A DNA stretch of 64,000 nucleotides, taken from IMG/VR virus record IMGVR_UViG_3300033149_003004, positions 18,656 to 82,655 of that record. The stretch is one strand, 5' to 3'. Shown in pieces: positions 8,533-18,365 of this stretch; the first letter of the stretch is position 1, and every line of letters begins with the position of its first letter. The notes below the pieces were generated by a model. It made no database searches and was not told the DNA's origin. It saw nothing but the letters and a program-made list of their open reading frames with translations. A program made the position numbers and the translations under genes. Source of the stretch: a virus.

Positions 8533-9333
8533 ATGAATGTCACTTTCTTTTTGGGTCATGCTAGTGGGGCTCTACTGAGCCGGACCTTGACGATCACCCG
8601 TATGCCTAGGGCCGGGGATACACTACCGATCACCCCGCAGTACGGCCCGGCAAATGTGGGAGCAGCGACGCAGATCATTACGGTATCACTGCCCCCAAAC
8701 CAGATATGGCAGGCGAGATTGGATGATGTCACGCTCGCGGGAAATACGAATGCTCCTCCGGCGATTCTGAACTTTCACACCGGATCACTACAATTCCCCG
8801 GGCCGCGAGAGAAGGAAGACCTGCGATTGCAAATCCTCCACATGGAGGAACAATCCAGCTCGTCCAGTTCCAGTTCGGTCAGCAGTGAGAGCAGTTCGTC
8901 GTGGTCGAGTCATTCTGCGAGTAGCGAGAGCAGTTCCAGTAGTGCTTCGAGTGCATCGAGCAGCTCTTCGAGTAGTAGCTCCAGTAGCTCGTCAGCCACG
9001 TCTAGCTCCAGTAGCTCCAGCAGTTCTTCGGCTACATCCAGTTCCAGTAGCTCTTCGGCTACATCCAGTTCCAGTAGCAGTTCTGCCACGTCGAGTAGCA
9101 GTTCCGAGAGCAGCGTGAGTAGTAGTTCCAGCAGTAGCTCTTCGGCTACATCCAGTCCCAGTAGTGCTTCGAGTGTATCGACCAGCTCCAGTAGCTCCAG
9201 TAGCTCCAGCAGTACGTCGAGCCAATCGAGTGTCTCGACTAGCTCCAGCTCCAGTAGCACGTCGAGCCAATCGAGCAGTAGTAGCAGCAGCATGAGTAGT
9301 TCGTCGTGGTCGTCGCAGTCGACGGTTGCTTAG
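8533..9333 (+). CDS. Probable virion protein with ~155-aa poly-serine C-terminal tail
   Basis: GAGGA RBS; ~105-aa beta-rich domain then Ser tract with mixed AGY/TCN codons. Confidence 0.75.
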   Translation: MNVTFFLGHASGALLSRTLTITRMPRAGDTLPITPQYGPANVGAATQIITVSLPPNQIWQARLDDVTLAGNTNAPPAILNFHTGSLQFPGPREKEDLRLQILHMEEQSSSSSSSSVSSESSSSWSSHSASSESSSSSASSASSSSSSSSSSSSSATSSSSSSSSSSATSSSSSSSATSSSSSSSATSSSSSESSVSSSSSSSSSATSSPSSASSVSTSSSSSSSSSSTSSQSSVSTSSSSSSTSSQSSSSSSSMSSSSWSSQSTVA

Positions 9334-9335
9334 TA

Positions 9336-9776
9336 ATGAATAGGATTGTGGACAAGTGGAACAAGATGGCGTCTCGGTCCCGGTCCCCGGAGCCTGACGC
9401 TTTAACTTTCGAGGACGAGACTTTGGCGTTCGTTCCAGCACACGAAAGGGTTTCGAAAATGACAAAGCTTAGCGTAGCAATGAATCGCTTCGCCATCGTC
9501 GACTTGGCTATGTATGGCCCGGTTGAGAAGGTGGAGGTATTGTTTCGACAACTCCATGCCGCTGTTGTCAGAATAGGAAAGCGGGTGAGGGGCCGTGGCT
9601 TTCGCCGTCCTCCTGCCGGACAGGGAATGTGGCCGAATCTACATGATGTAATGCAGTGGCTGAATAGCTTGGACGCTTCGGAGGAAAAAGCTGAGGAGGT
9701 AGCGTTCTTACATAAACTGTACAACACATGCAAGGCCAGGGTCCGGCAGGAAGTGAAGATTGAGTTAGGAATCTGA
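9336..9776 (+). CDS. Hypothetical protein
   Basis: Fills the gap between neighbours in the operon. Confidence 0.55.
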   Translation: MNRIVDKWNKMASRSRSPEPDALTFEDETLAFVPAHERVSKMTKLSVAMNRFAIVDLAMYGPVEKVEVLFRQLHAAVVRIGKRVRGRGFRRPPAGQGMWPNLHDVMQWLNSLDASEEKAEEVAFLHKLYNTCKARVRQEVKIELGI

Positions 9777-9779
9777 TAT

Positions 9780-10073
9780 ATGTTCATCGGTTACCAACGA
9801 GTCGTTGTTGGCCCTGCCGTGGTGAACCTGACCGGAGTGGTCGCAGTTCCCGCAGGTACGGTCAGAGTCCAGTTACAAGCGGACTTGCTGAGCATCCGCT
9901 ACACGATGGATAATGCCACGAATCCGAACGCCGGATTCGGGATGCTTCTGATTGATGGGTTGTCACCGGAATGGTTCGAATTGGAGGATTTGCTGAGGAT
10001 GCGAGCAGTGTCCGTCGGAGCTTTATCCGGTTTGAACATCCATTACTACGCCCCGAGTTCGTTGAGTGTGTAG
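9780..10073 (+). CDS. Small beta-rich protein, possible capsid decoration
   Basis: IRYTMDNATNP...GMLL pattern; next to protease and capsid genes. Confidence 0.5.
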   Translation: MFIGYQRVVVGPAVVNLTGVVAVPAGTVRVQLQADLLSIRYTMDNATNPNAGFGMLLIDGLSPEWFELEDLLRMRAVSVGALSGLNIHYYAPSSLSV

Positions 10074-10077
10074 TGCT

Positions 10078-12297
10078 ATGCCAGAATCGAACGATGCACA
10101 TGAGCGGTTGCTAAAGCTGGTCCGGTCCAGGACGGAGAAAAGGACGGAGTTTAACTTCGGCATCCTTACAGCTGACCGCTATGTCAAAACCGTACGGGAT
10201 GCGATCGGGATGCAAGCTTGTTATCGCCATATGTGCCGGACCAAGGGCGATTGGGCATCCTTCGATGATGTGATGCGGAAAGCCGCAGGCACTCTGACCT
10301 ATAGCAACCCTCTCATGGAAGTGAAGTCCAAGGGAAGCTCGTTGGATGGCTGGGAGAAACCGAAGAACACACTGATGGTTTTCCGCCACGTGCTCACGAC
10401 GAGTACGAAGGATCGGGATGGTGACATCCTCCGAACGAAAGGGGCAAAGCCCGATCCGAAGATGCTGTTGCTGTTTCAGCACGTCCACACGTTGCCGATC
10501 GGCAAAATGCTGGGAGTGGCCAGCCACACGAAGGATGAGCTTCAGCTCTATTCTTGCATCGTGGATATGAATGAGTTATGCCACGATTGTGCTGTGATGG
10601 TAGACAATGGCATGGGGCGTTTCTCCCATGGCTTTCGGGCCTTGGATTTCCTGGAGATCAAAGAGGGACGGGATTCGACGGGTGGATTCGACGTGAAGGA
10701 GTTCGAGATTTTGGAGGAGTCACTTGTCTCTGTCCCTGCTAATCCGGATGCGGAGACGGAGGAGGTACTGTTGTCGCTGGTTGAAGGGGGGGAATTGACG
10801 AGCCCTCTGATGAAGGACTATGGCCAGTCGATTCGAGAACGGCGGCCGATTTCGATCCCGGTAGAATTGGATGTGAAGGTATCGGTCAACGGCCAGGAGG
10901 TGAGAAGTCATGCGAACGAGCCAAGAAACCAGGCGGGAAGAGGAGCGAGAGAAGGAACCAGCTCACCAGAAGAAACCGAGGATGTTTCCGGTGAAAGATG
11001 GACAGGAGAGAAAACGACCGAAGTCGAAGAAGTGAAGCGGGAGGCATTTTCTTGCGAGTGCATTGAATGTGGATATGAAATAGAATCCGAGGAGCATTGC
11101 CGGGAATTGAAATGTCCGGAATGCGGAGGTGAAATGCGGAGGAAGGAACGTCCGGGACCAGGCAAAGCTCTTTCCGTCAAGCTTAACTCTGGTGGTGCTC
11201 GTCATGCTCAATCATTGATATCTGCTGGTAAGGTGAAGAAAACCGGGTCTTGGGATGCCCCAAGCGCTGGAATGCAAAACGCATACATCGAGGAGCATGG
11301 CATGAAAGCCTACGGCAAGTGGTTCCTCGGAATCCGACCGCAGGCAGACCCAGAATTGAAGGCCGCTTGGGCCTACCCCTTCACGAGTGATTTCGTCAAC
11401 GTGGACCGCTCTGGTTTGGCAGCAATTCGACAGCGAGCTGGGCAGCAGGACGAGAAGGATGTGTTTGATGCCGCCGGAAAACTCATGGAGGCCATCGACA
11501 AGGAGGAGGAGAAGGTGTATCAGCCCGAAGGGCAGAAACCGTACCCGAACGAACATGCTCTACGTCTGAACGATCCGGACAAGTATGAGCGAATCCGTCG
11601 ACAGAACGACAAGTTCGGACCAGGTATCCATGCCATCTTCGGCATTACCGATGATGGCAAGACGGAGCTCCAGGCTATTCGATTCTCCGCCAATAAATTC
11701 ACACCAGAGGAAGCGAAAAAGTGGTTGGAGGAACACGATTACAAGACAGACGGTTTCGAGCCGGCGAAAAAGCCGGAAAAGCAATTAATCGACGATACCG
11801 TTTCGGGAGGTTCCGAGGCGGTCCCTCCCGAAACTGATTATGGGCGAGAGGATAAACAGATGGTCTGCCCTGAGTGTAATTACGTGGGTCCTGGTAAGGA
11901 CAGCAGATGCCCGGAGTGTGGGGCTAAGTTGATCCCCAGAAAGGATTTCATCTTGGAGAAAGCTGGTCGAGTGTTGAGCAAGGCTAACGAGTCGAAGATT
12001 CGAGAAGCGATCGACGACCTCGACGAGGCATTTAAGATGGAAGGGGTACCTCGTGGCTGCAAAGCGTTGATCAACCAAGCTAAGCATGTCCTGAGCGAGG
12101 TGATGGAATCTCTCGGTGAGGGAGAAAGTGTAGAAAAAGCAGAGCGAAGACCGAGCGTGAAGGAAGCTCTGGCCATTGTCTTGGCCGAGGGCGGAGAAGA
12201 GGAACTGAAGATTATGGCGTCGATGCTGAAGGCGATTGAAGACAGTCGTCGCGATGATGCCATGGTCAAGCAGTATATGGAAGTGTGTAGCAATTGA
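10078..12297 (+). CDS. HK97-type prohead protease fused to Zn ribbons and scaffold-like domains
   Basis: DRDGDIL, LLFQHVHTLPIGK, FSHGF, ILEESLVSVPANPDA; two CxxC..CxxC ribbons; KAGRVLSKAN. Confidence 0.88.
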   Translation: MPESNDAHERLLKLVRSRTEKRTEFNFGILTADRYVKTVRDAIGMQACYRHMCRTKGDWASFDDVMRKAAGTLTYSNPLMEVKSKGSSLDGWEKPKNTLMVFRHVLTTSTKDRDGDILRTKGAKPDPKMLLLFQHVHTLPIGKMLGVASHTKDELQLYSCIVDMNELCHDCAVMVDNGMGRFSHGFRALDFLEIKEGRDSTGGFDVKEFEILEESLVSVPANPDAETEEVLLSLVEGGELTSPLMKDYGQSIRERRPISIPVELDVKVSVNGQEVRSHANEPRNQAGRGAREGTSSPEETEDVSGERWTGEKTTEVEEVKREAFSCECIECGYEIESEEHCRELKCPECGGEMRRKERPGPGKALSVKLNSGGARHAQSLISAGKVKKTGSWDAPSAGMQNAYIEEHGMKAYGKWFLGIRPQADPELKAAWAYPFTSDFVNVDRSGLAAIRQRAGQQDEKDVFDAAGKLMEAIDKEEEKVYQPEGQKPYPNEHALRLNDPDKYERIRRQNDKFGPGIHAIFGITDDGKTELQAIRFSANKFTPEEAKKWLEEHDYKTDGFEPAKKPEKQLIDDTVSGGSEAVPPETDYGREDKQMVCPECNYVGPGKDSRCPECGAKLIPRKDFILEKAGRVLSKANESKIREAIDDLDEAFKMEGVPRGCKALINQAKHVLSEVMESLGEGESVEKAERRPSVKEALAIVLAEGGEEELKIMASMLKAIEDSRRDDAMVKQYMEVCSN

Positions 12298-12324
12298 ACC
12301 TTTTGAAATAAGGAAATTGAGACA

Positions 12325-13923
12325 ATGTTGAAGTTGACTAAGGCATTGCGGGAATGGCTCATAGCCAACCGGGAGATCGAGCAGGATGCCGAAGACGAAA
12401 CGTTTCGTCTGGAGGTTGGTAAAGCGATCGCTGATGGTTCGCTATCAGTCGAAGAGTTCTCGAAATTGATTCGAGACGAAAAAGTTGGTGAAGCCAACGA
12501 GTTTGCCAAGCGATTGGAGCGGTTGGACAAGATGGCCGACAGCATCGAAGGCTTGACAAAAGCTATGGCTATCAAGGAAGAAGAAGAGAAGAAAGTGAAT
12601 CTCCAAGTCGAGGATAAGACAGATGGTCTGAAGGACGTGAGCAAGATGATTGTCGAGAACAGCACCGCTCAGGATGGCGAGCATCGTTCTGACGTCCGAT
12701 TGAAGACTGTGAAGGAAATCTTCTCTACAACCACGAAGACGATGACTTATCCAAGCACCGATCGTCGGGGAGAACGGCATCGGATGGCCGGACAACCCGT
12801 TGTGGTTGATGGACATCGAACGCTCATGGAGCCCAGCGATCTGGACAAGGCGTGTGCGGGAGCTTGGGCGAAGTTTCAGATTGCGTCGGTTACGCCCCTC
12901 TTGGCGGGCAACCCTTCGCTGGCATGGGAGCGGTTGAGCGAAACGGAAAAGATGTTGCTTGACCATCTATGCAAGGAAGGTGATTGGGATGCGACGGACC
13001 GCGATGGACATCCCCGGATGGAGAAGGGATACCGGGGTGGCACGAAGCAGCTGATCGACGATGTGATTAGCGGTGGGTTCGAGGCAACGCCGATCGTGTT
13101 CGATGATCAAGCAATCGAAACCCCGCGACTGTACGGCGAGCTGTACCCGCTAGTCAACGAGATCCCGCTGGCCCGCGGCCGGCGAGTCGAGGGAGTATCG
13201 GTAGGGACTGTGACGGTGGCTTGGGGAGGAGTCGACGCTACAGCTATCGCTCTGTTCAACACGGCGGGATTCGTCGCTGCCTTCGACACGACGATCTACC
13301 GGTGTCAAGGAGCAGTGGTGATCGGACTGGATTTCATGTCGGACTCGCCGATTGACTTTGGCAGTTTGATCACCAAGCAGTACGGTGAGCAGTTGCTTGT
13401 ATCGCTGGATAACGTGATTGCTACCGGGAATGGCACCACGCAACCGCAAGGTATTATGAATGCAGCCGGCACAACCGTTGTGGCGTTCGGTGGAACGACA
13501 ACTCTGGGAGCTTACGAGTCGTTGTTGTTCGGAGTGCACAAGCGAGAGCTACTACCTAACGTGCTGAGCAGTTACGTGTTCTGTGGCACGGATACGAGCT
13601 ACAGCCGGGCCCGCGGCCTGAATGTCACAGCCGCGGATCAACGACGTCTTGGCGGTGGCGAAGCGGGACAGGGTGATTACAGGTCGTATACTTGGATGGG
13701 ACGGCCGTACAAAATCAATGAGAGCTTGACGAATCAGCAGATCTTCTGTGGTGTCCTGGCGAACTACCAGATGTATCGACGGAAGGGATTTACGGTCCGG
13801 ACGAGCACGGAGGGAGACACGCTGATTCGGGCGAACGAGCTTTTGATTATGTTCATGGCCCGTTATGGTGGACAGTTGAAGAGAGGAGCTTGTGCTGCGG
13901 TGACGAACACTGCTCCAGCCTAG
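12325..13923 (+). CDS. Major capsid protein (HK97 fold)
   Basis: Coiled-coil N-terminus; GGFEATP, DFMSDSPID, IATGNGTTQPQGI, ARYGG motifs. Confidence 0.9.
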   Translation: MLKLTKALREWLIANREIEQDAEDETFRLEVGKAIADGSLSVEEFSKLIRDEKVGEANEFAKRLERLDKMADSIEGLTKAMAIKEEEEKKVNLQVEDKTDGLKDVSKMIVENSTAQDGEHRSDVRLKTVKEIFSTTTKTMTYPSTDRRGERHRMAGQPVVVDGHRTLMEPSDLDKACAGAWAKFQIASVTPLLAGNPSLAWERLSETEKMLLDHLCKEGDWDATDRDGHPRMEKGYRGGTKQLIDDVISGGFEATPIVFDDQAIETPRLYGELYPLVNEIPLARGRRVEGVSVGTVTVAWGGVDATAIALFNTAGFVAAFDTTIYRCQGAVVIGLDFMSDSPIDFGSLITKQYGEQLLVSLDNVIATGNGTTQPQGIMNAAGTTVVAFGGTTTLGAYESLLFGVHKRELLPNVLSSYVFCGTDTSYSRARGLNVTAADQRRLGGGEAGQGDYRSYTWMGRPYKINESLTNQQIFCGVLANYQMYRRKGFTVRTSTEGDTLIRANELLIMFMARYGGQLKRGACAAVTNTAPA

Positions 13924-13957
13924 ACGATGAGAGGAAGATAGTGCTTTCCTGGCAAGG

Positions 13958-14005
13958 CCCCTGCCGGCGGACTTGGTTCTCCCGACGCCGGCAGGGGGAT
14001 TTTCT
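13958..14005 (+). terminator. Rho-independent terminator after capsid gene
   Basis: CCCCTGCCGGCG / CGCCGGCAGGGG stem plus T-rich tail. Confidence 0.7.
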
Positions 14006-14052
14006 CTGGATCGGGGGAATCGAATGCCATTTTTTCAGGAGAGAAAACAACG

Positions 14053-14676
14053 ATGAGTACAGTGATGGAAAAAAAGGTGTCGGTGACGCCGTTCACGATC
14101 GAAGCGAGAACACCTCGTAATCAAGACTTGCTGATCCAGTGCCTCGACGGGATGCGGCTGCGAGGAGCAGTCAGTGCGACGGTTGAACTGTTCGACAAGC
14201 AATGGCAAGGGGAAGATTTCGACAGCGAAACCGAGACTGTTCCGAGTCCTGCCAAGGTTATTCCTGGCGTCGGGGAGTTGCCAGGTGAGCAATTACATGT
14301 GAATCCTGCAACCGGAGAGTGGAAGACGTTTGATCCACTCTACAAGAAGGACGGTGTGCTGGAACGAATTCGCAAAGCGATCAAGCGCGGGACCGGAATA
14401 TCAAATGTCGGTGAACGTCTTCAGGGGGTCAAGTCCAGAAAAGGCAGAGTCGATCCGGATAGGATGAAAACTCTGTGCCGCGAACTGCTCTGCTTCGTAG
14501 AGGCGAAGGAAGCTAGGGTGGTGAAAGGGATCACCCCGACTACTGAGGATATTGATGAGCTGCCCGGTCGTTACTTGTTGAACTGGTCGGACCGTGGCAA
14601 GTGGCATCAGCCGCGGTATGAGGATCAGCTCACCGACTGGACTAGGCGGGTAAATCAATTGACGGAGGAAGTGTGA
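14053..14676 (+). CDS. Hypothetical protein
   Basis: AGGAG RBS, 207 aa. Confidence 0.65.
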   Translation: MSTVMEKKVSVTPFTIEARTPRNQDLLIQCLDGMRLRGAVSATVELFDKQWQGEDFDSETETVPSPAKVIPGVGELPGEQLHVNPATGEWKTFDPLYKKDGVLERIRKAIKRGTGISNVGERLQGVKSRKGRVDPDRMKTLCRELLCFVEAKEARVVKGITPTTEDIDELPGRYLLNWSDRGKWHQPRYEDQLTDWTRRVNQLTEEV

Positions 14677-15185
14677 TGGCTCTCCCGGCCGCTTTTCCCC
14701 AAGCTCCGATAGGTGGAAGGGTTTCATATCCGAAGCCTAGTGGTCAGGTTGAAGCTGCCCGACAGCGCCGGATGGCAAGGGCGGGTGCTGGGGAAGTGCG
14801 GATCGAGTGGTTCATCAAAAATGTTTGCAAAACCGTCGCGATCGCTATGAGGCAGAGAGTAGCTATCGCTACGCATCTGCTGAAAGACCGAGTAGTGCGA
14901 AACATATCGACTCCCGTTCTGAAAGGCATCGGTCCCCGTGGCGGTCGTGTAGTGACCGGGCGGAGTGTAGCCGGCGAATTTCCTCACGCAGAAACCACGC
15001 AATTGATGAAGACGATCTTTGAGGAAATTCAAGAGACAAGTCCTGGAGTATTCGATGGATTCGTTGGTACGCCGCTGGAGTACGGTCTGATTTTGGAGAC
15101 ACGGTTGAATCGATCGTTTTTGGTGCGGACTCTGTATGAGTCGATGGATGACATTCGAGCAATGTTGTCGGGGCCAGTAGCATGA
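14673..15185 (+). CDS. HK97 gp10-like tail completion protein
   Basis: RSVAGEFPHAETTQL, VGTPLEYGLILE, RSFLVRTL. Confidence 0.7.
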   Translation: MMALPAAFPQAPIGGRVSYPKPSGQVEAARQRRMARAGAGEVRIEWFIKNVCKTVAIAMRQRVAIATHLLKDRVVRNISTPVLKGIGPRGGRVVTGRSVAGEFPHAETTQLMKTIFEEIQETSPGVFDGFVGTPLEYGLILETRLNRSFLVRTLYESMDDIRAMLSGPVA

Positions 15186-15682
15186 GCGTTGGGCAAGCCG
15201 ATCTTGCGAAGGCGATCAATGTAGTCTGGGATGCAAGCGGGCTGAATGATCTGTTCAAGGCTCTGTGGCCGGCCGGCGTCGCTGCTGTCGAGTTCCCAGT
15301 GCTGCATGAGGGACAGGCTGGTGGGGATCAGCCCTGGCCGTACTGCGTGTTCGAAATGCCCGGAGCTTCTACGGCAACGAGAATGTCGAAAGGGGTGTCG
15401 GATCTCTGGGAGACAAGGGACGCAGCCGTGATGTTCAGAGTACATTCGTCTGCTGTATCTGGTGATGACAGATCGGCTAAGCAGATTGCTGCCTACTTGG
15501 TCGAGGAGATCATGAAGGTGTTTGGCGGGCATCCTACAGTGTCTCCGACGGATTTAGAATTGGACAACGGGAACTTTTTGAATTCGATCTTTCAGAATGA
15601 CTTTGCGGTGCGAGAAGATGAGGATCATTACGTGTGGACGGTGAGCTACATCTTCCGTCTGGATGTCCCGATCATGGCGTGA
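15182..15682 (+). CDS. Tail terminator-like protein
   Basis: Position and PWPYCVF motif. Confidence 0.6.
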   Translation: MSVGQADLAKAINVVWDASGLNDLFKALWPAGVAAVEFPVLHEGQAGGDQPWPYCVFEMPGASTATRMSKGVSDLWETRDAAVMFRVHSSAVSGDDRSAKQIAAYLVEEIMKVFGGHPTVSPTDLELDNGNFLNSIFQNDFAVREDEDHYVWTVSYIFRLDVPIMA

Positions 15683-15695
15683 GGAGGGAGATAAT

Positions 15696-16574
15696 ATGGC
15701 AAGACAGATGGACTCAATGAGCATATCGCTCAAGGCGAGTGGCTCGCTGAAAAACGTGCTGGATGACGGTTCCAGCTCTCCCATCAACCATCCGAACTTT
15801 GCGTACACGAAAAGCGGATCGACTCTGTCGAGTGGAATAAACGACAATGAGGCAAACCGTGCCTGGCAAAGCAAAAACAGAACGCTGATAGAAGGGACGA
15901 GCGAGACTCTTGATCTGTATGACTTGGCTGGGATAGACATTGGAGCCGGTGCCGGGATGGACGGAGTCGGACAGCCGATCATCTTCGAGGAGATTGTGTT
16001 CTTGGCGATTGTCAACGAGAATGCAGTCGGGACAGACGGAGCGTTAGAAATCGCTCCCGCTGGCGTTGCTGGGTGGGCCCCGATCGGTACGCATACGGTA
16101 GCTACAGGCGGAGCTCTGTACGGACAGGGGGTGTTGCTGAAGATTCAGCTTGATGAGCGTGGGTTCGACGTGCAGGATGGAGTCAGTCATCGGATTACGC
16201 TGGGAGCGAACGGTGGGGATGTGATTTATTCGATATACATTGTGGCCCGACATGATGATGAGGAGTCATCCAGTTCCAGCAGTTCGCTCAGTTCCAGTTC
16301 GGCCAGCAGCGAGAGTAGCTCCAGTAGTCTCAGTAGCTCCAGTAGTAGCTCTAGCAGTAGCTCTTCGAGCAGCGAGAGCAGTGTGAGTATGAGCAGTTCC
16401 AGCAGTTCGTCGGCAACGTCGAGCAGCTCTTCGGTCAGCAGCAGTTCATCGAGCAGTTCGTTTAGCTCGAAGTCTAGCAGTTCGTCGGCAACGTCTAGCT
16501 CCAGCAGTTCGTCTGCTACGTCGAGTAGCTCTTCGAGCAGTAGTTCTGCGACGAGTTCTTCATGGTCGTCATAG
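15696..16574 (+). CDS. Probable virion protein with ~100-aa poly-serine C-terminal tail
   Basis: GAGGAGGGAG RBS; beta-rich domain (ETLDLYDL) then Ser tract ending SSSWSS. Confidence 0.75.
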   Translation: MARQMDSMSISLKASGSLKNVLDDGSSSPINHPNFAYTKSGSTLSSGINDNEANRAWQSKNRTLIEGTSETLDLYDLAGIDIGAGAGMDGVGQPIIFEEIVFLAIVNENAVGTDGALEIAPAGVAGWAPIGTHTVATGGALYGQGVLLKIQLDERGFDVQDGVSHRITLGANGGDVIYSIYIVARHDDEESSSSSSSLSSSSASSESSSSSLSSSSSSSSSSSSSSESSVSMSSSSSSSATSSSSSVSSSSSSSSFSSKSSSSSATSSSSSSSATSSSSSSSSSATSSSWSS

Positions 16575-16621
16575 TAAGCGAGGTAAGAATTGATCTACTC
16601 GTAGAAGAGAGGAGATAGCGG

Positions 16622-17053
16622 ATGAGTTCCGAAAATACTCTAACTGGACGCTCTGGAAAATTCATGGTCGACGGCAGCTTGGTAGCGAGGTGCACTCAGT
16701 GGCAAGTGACAAGAACACTCGCCTCGAAATCTGAGTGGGGGGATTCCGATTCGGGAGGACATACGAACCGAGCGGCAGGTAGAAGAGATTCCACTTTCAC
16801 AGCAGAGGGCAAGTACGATACGTCCAATGAGGTGTTTGACCTGTTCGAGGAAGGTGACATTGTGCAGGCGACACTGTTCTTGAATGCCACAGCCCCACTC
16901 CTCTACTATGATTTTCCAAGGGCTTTATGTGATAACTTTCAATTGACGGTGAATGTGGATTCCGGTGAAGTGATTGGTTGGACATCGTCTTGGGGTGAAG
17001 ACGGGAAGAGCTATTATCCTGGCGAGGTCGGTGCTCCTGAGAGGACACTATAA
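16622..17053 (+). CDS. Major tail tube protein
   Basis: LTGRSGKF..W.V...EWGDSDSGG..FTAEGKYD; size and position. Confidence 0.7.
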   Translation: MSSENTLTGRSGKFMVDGSLVARCTQWQVTRTLASKSEWGDSDSGGHTNRAAGRRDSTFTAEGKYDTSNEVFDLFEEGDIVQATLFLNATAPLLYYDFPRALCDNFQLTVNVDSGEVIGWTSSWGEDGKSYYPGEVGAPERTL

Positions 17054-17065
17054 GGAAGTGAGAGC

Positions 17066-17318
17066 ATGGGCTGTATCTACGTAGTAAAGACATTCATCAG
17101 AAGTTAGGCGAAAGATGAGTGCTTCACATATTGGAATCGTGTTTTCAGAGGAGCACAAACGCAGGATTAGTGAGGCAAAATGTGGAAAACCTCGTCCAGA
17201 TATGATTGGCAATCAGTTCGCTAGAAGGATGAAGCATACAGAAGAATGGAAGCAAGCCAGAAGGGAAGCAATGCTGAAGTTCTATCGCTACAAGGATTGG
17301 GAATTATGCCTATTGTAG
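17066..17318 (+). pseudogene. Internally deleted GIY-YIG/NUMOD3 homing endonuclease remnant
   Basis: MGCIYVVK start at 17066, then out-of-frame NUMOD3 repeats HSSEVRRKMSASH / FSEEHKRRISEAK / HTEEWKQARREA. Confidence 0.65.
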
Positions 17319-18172
17319 CTGGCCATGATCCATTGAATTGGTCGATGCAAATTGCGGTCACCTATCGCTGCAACTCTGCTTGCAAATGGTGTGTACAGCA
17401 TTTGGACAAGATACGATGGCAAGTGGACACGGACATCACAGCTGAGGAAATTAGGACTGCCGCTCGCTTGCTGAAGCACTATGGGATAAGGATTAACAAG
17501 CTCCGCATCACTGGTGGAGAGCCTCTAGTACATCCTGGATTAAGGCAAATACTTGAAGTGGTCAATGAAACGTGGGCACCGCGGTCTGGTTGGTTCCGCA
17601 TCTACTCGAATGGCAAGCTGCCCCGACTTCGTGGAGTACCCGGACGATTTTCCGTGGTGCCGGTAGACAGTGCAAAAAAGACGGATGCTTTCACGCCATT
17701 CAACGTCTCGCCGGCTGACTTAGGAATCGAGCCTAAGTTTGGCTTCATTCGACCCTGCGTGCAGCAGCTCTACTGTGGACGATGGTTCGACTGCTTCGGA
17801 TTCACATCGTGTGGCGTGGCCGGTGTGCTCGGGGCGATGCTTGGGGAGGATACGTACGAACCGCTGCCTGTGATGATGGGCCGACCATCCGTTTGCCAGC
17901 ATTGTCTCTATAGCTTGTCGAAGAAGGAGAGGCACGCCATCACGTATCGAGTGAAGGCCGGGGACATCCCGGATGTGACGAAGACGTTTGAGCGTGCAAT
18001 AGAGCGGTGGCATGATGATCCTCCCCATCCTCGCCGTTTTTGGGATCGTTTGCCTACAGAGTATCTCTTGCCAGGAGAACACGACGATCATGAGGATAGA
18101 TCCGAAACAACTTTTGACCATCACGAAAACGGAAGTACACTACTGGCCTTTGTGCCAGTGCAAAGCGTGTGA
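17306..18172 (+). CDS. Radical SAM protein
   Basis: CNSACKWC (CxxxCxxC), ITGGEPLVHP, YSNG. Confidence 0.88.
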   Translation: MPIVAGHDPLNWSMQIAVTYRCNSACKWCVQHLDKIRWQVDTDITAEEIRTAARLLKHYGIRINKLRITGGEPLVHPGLRQILEVVNETWAPRSGWFRIYSNGKLPRLRGVPGRFSVVPVDSAKKTDAFTPFNVSPADLGIEPKFGFIRPCVQQLYCGRWFDCFGFTSCGVAGVLGAMLGEDTYEPLPVMMGRPSVCQHCLYSLSKKERHAITYRVKAGDIPDVTKTFERAIERWHDDPPHPRRFWDRLPTEYLLPGEHDDHEDRSETTFDHHENGSTLLAFVPVQSV

Positions 18173-18314
18173 AGTCGAGCGGGCCCGCCGGAAGACCCTT
18201 CCCGAGTCCCACCTGCTAAGCGTCTCGGTCGAGACTGCCTATGTTCTGGGCTTAATCCCCTCCCGATGTCCGGAAGGTTCGTTGGCAAGGAAGCTGAGTC
18301 GCACGCCGAAGTAA
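18090..18314 (+). CDS. Small Cys-containing hypothetical protein
   Basis: AGGAG upstream; CQCKAC. Confidence 0.4.
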   Translation: MRIDPKQLLTITKTEVHYWPLCQCKACEVERARRKTLPESHLLSVSVETAYVLGLIPSRCPEGSLARKLSRTPK

Positions 18315-18365
18315 TTTGGTAACGGTCAAAGGAAAACTCCATCAGGAAGTGTTTCCGATGGAGCC

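Noticed and set aside
8910-9293. Leu/Glu-rich minus-strand ORF
   Set aside because: Antisense shadow of poly-Ser codons; no RBS or domain
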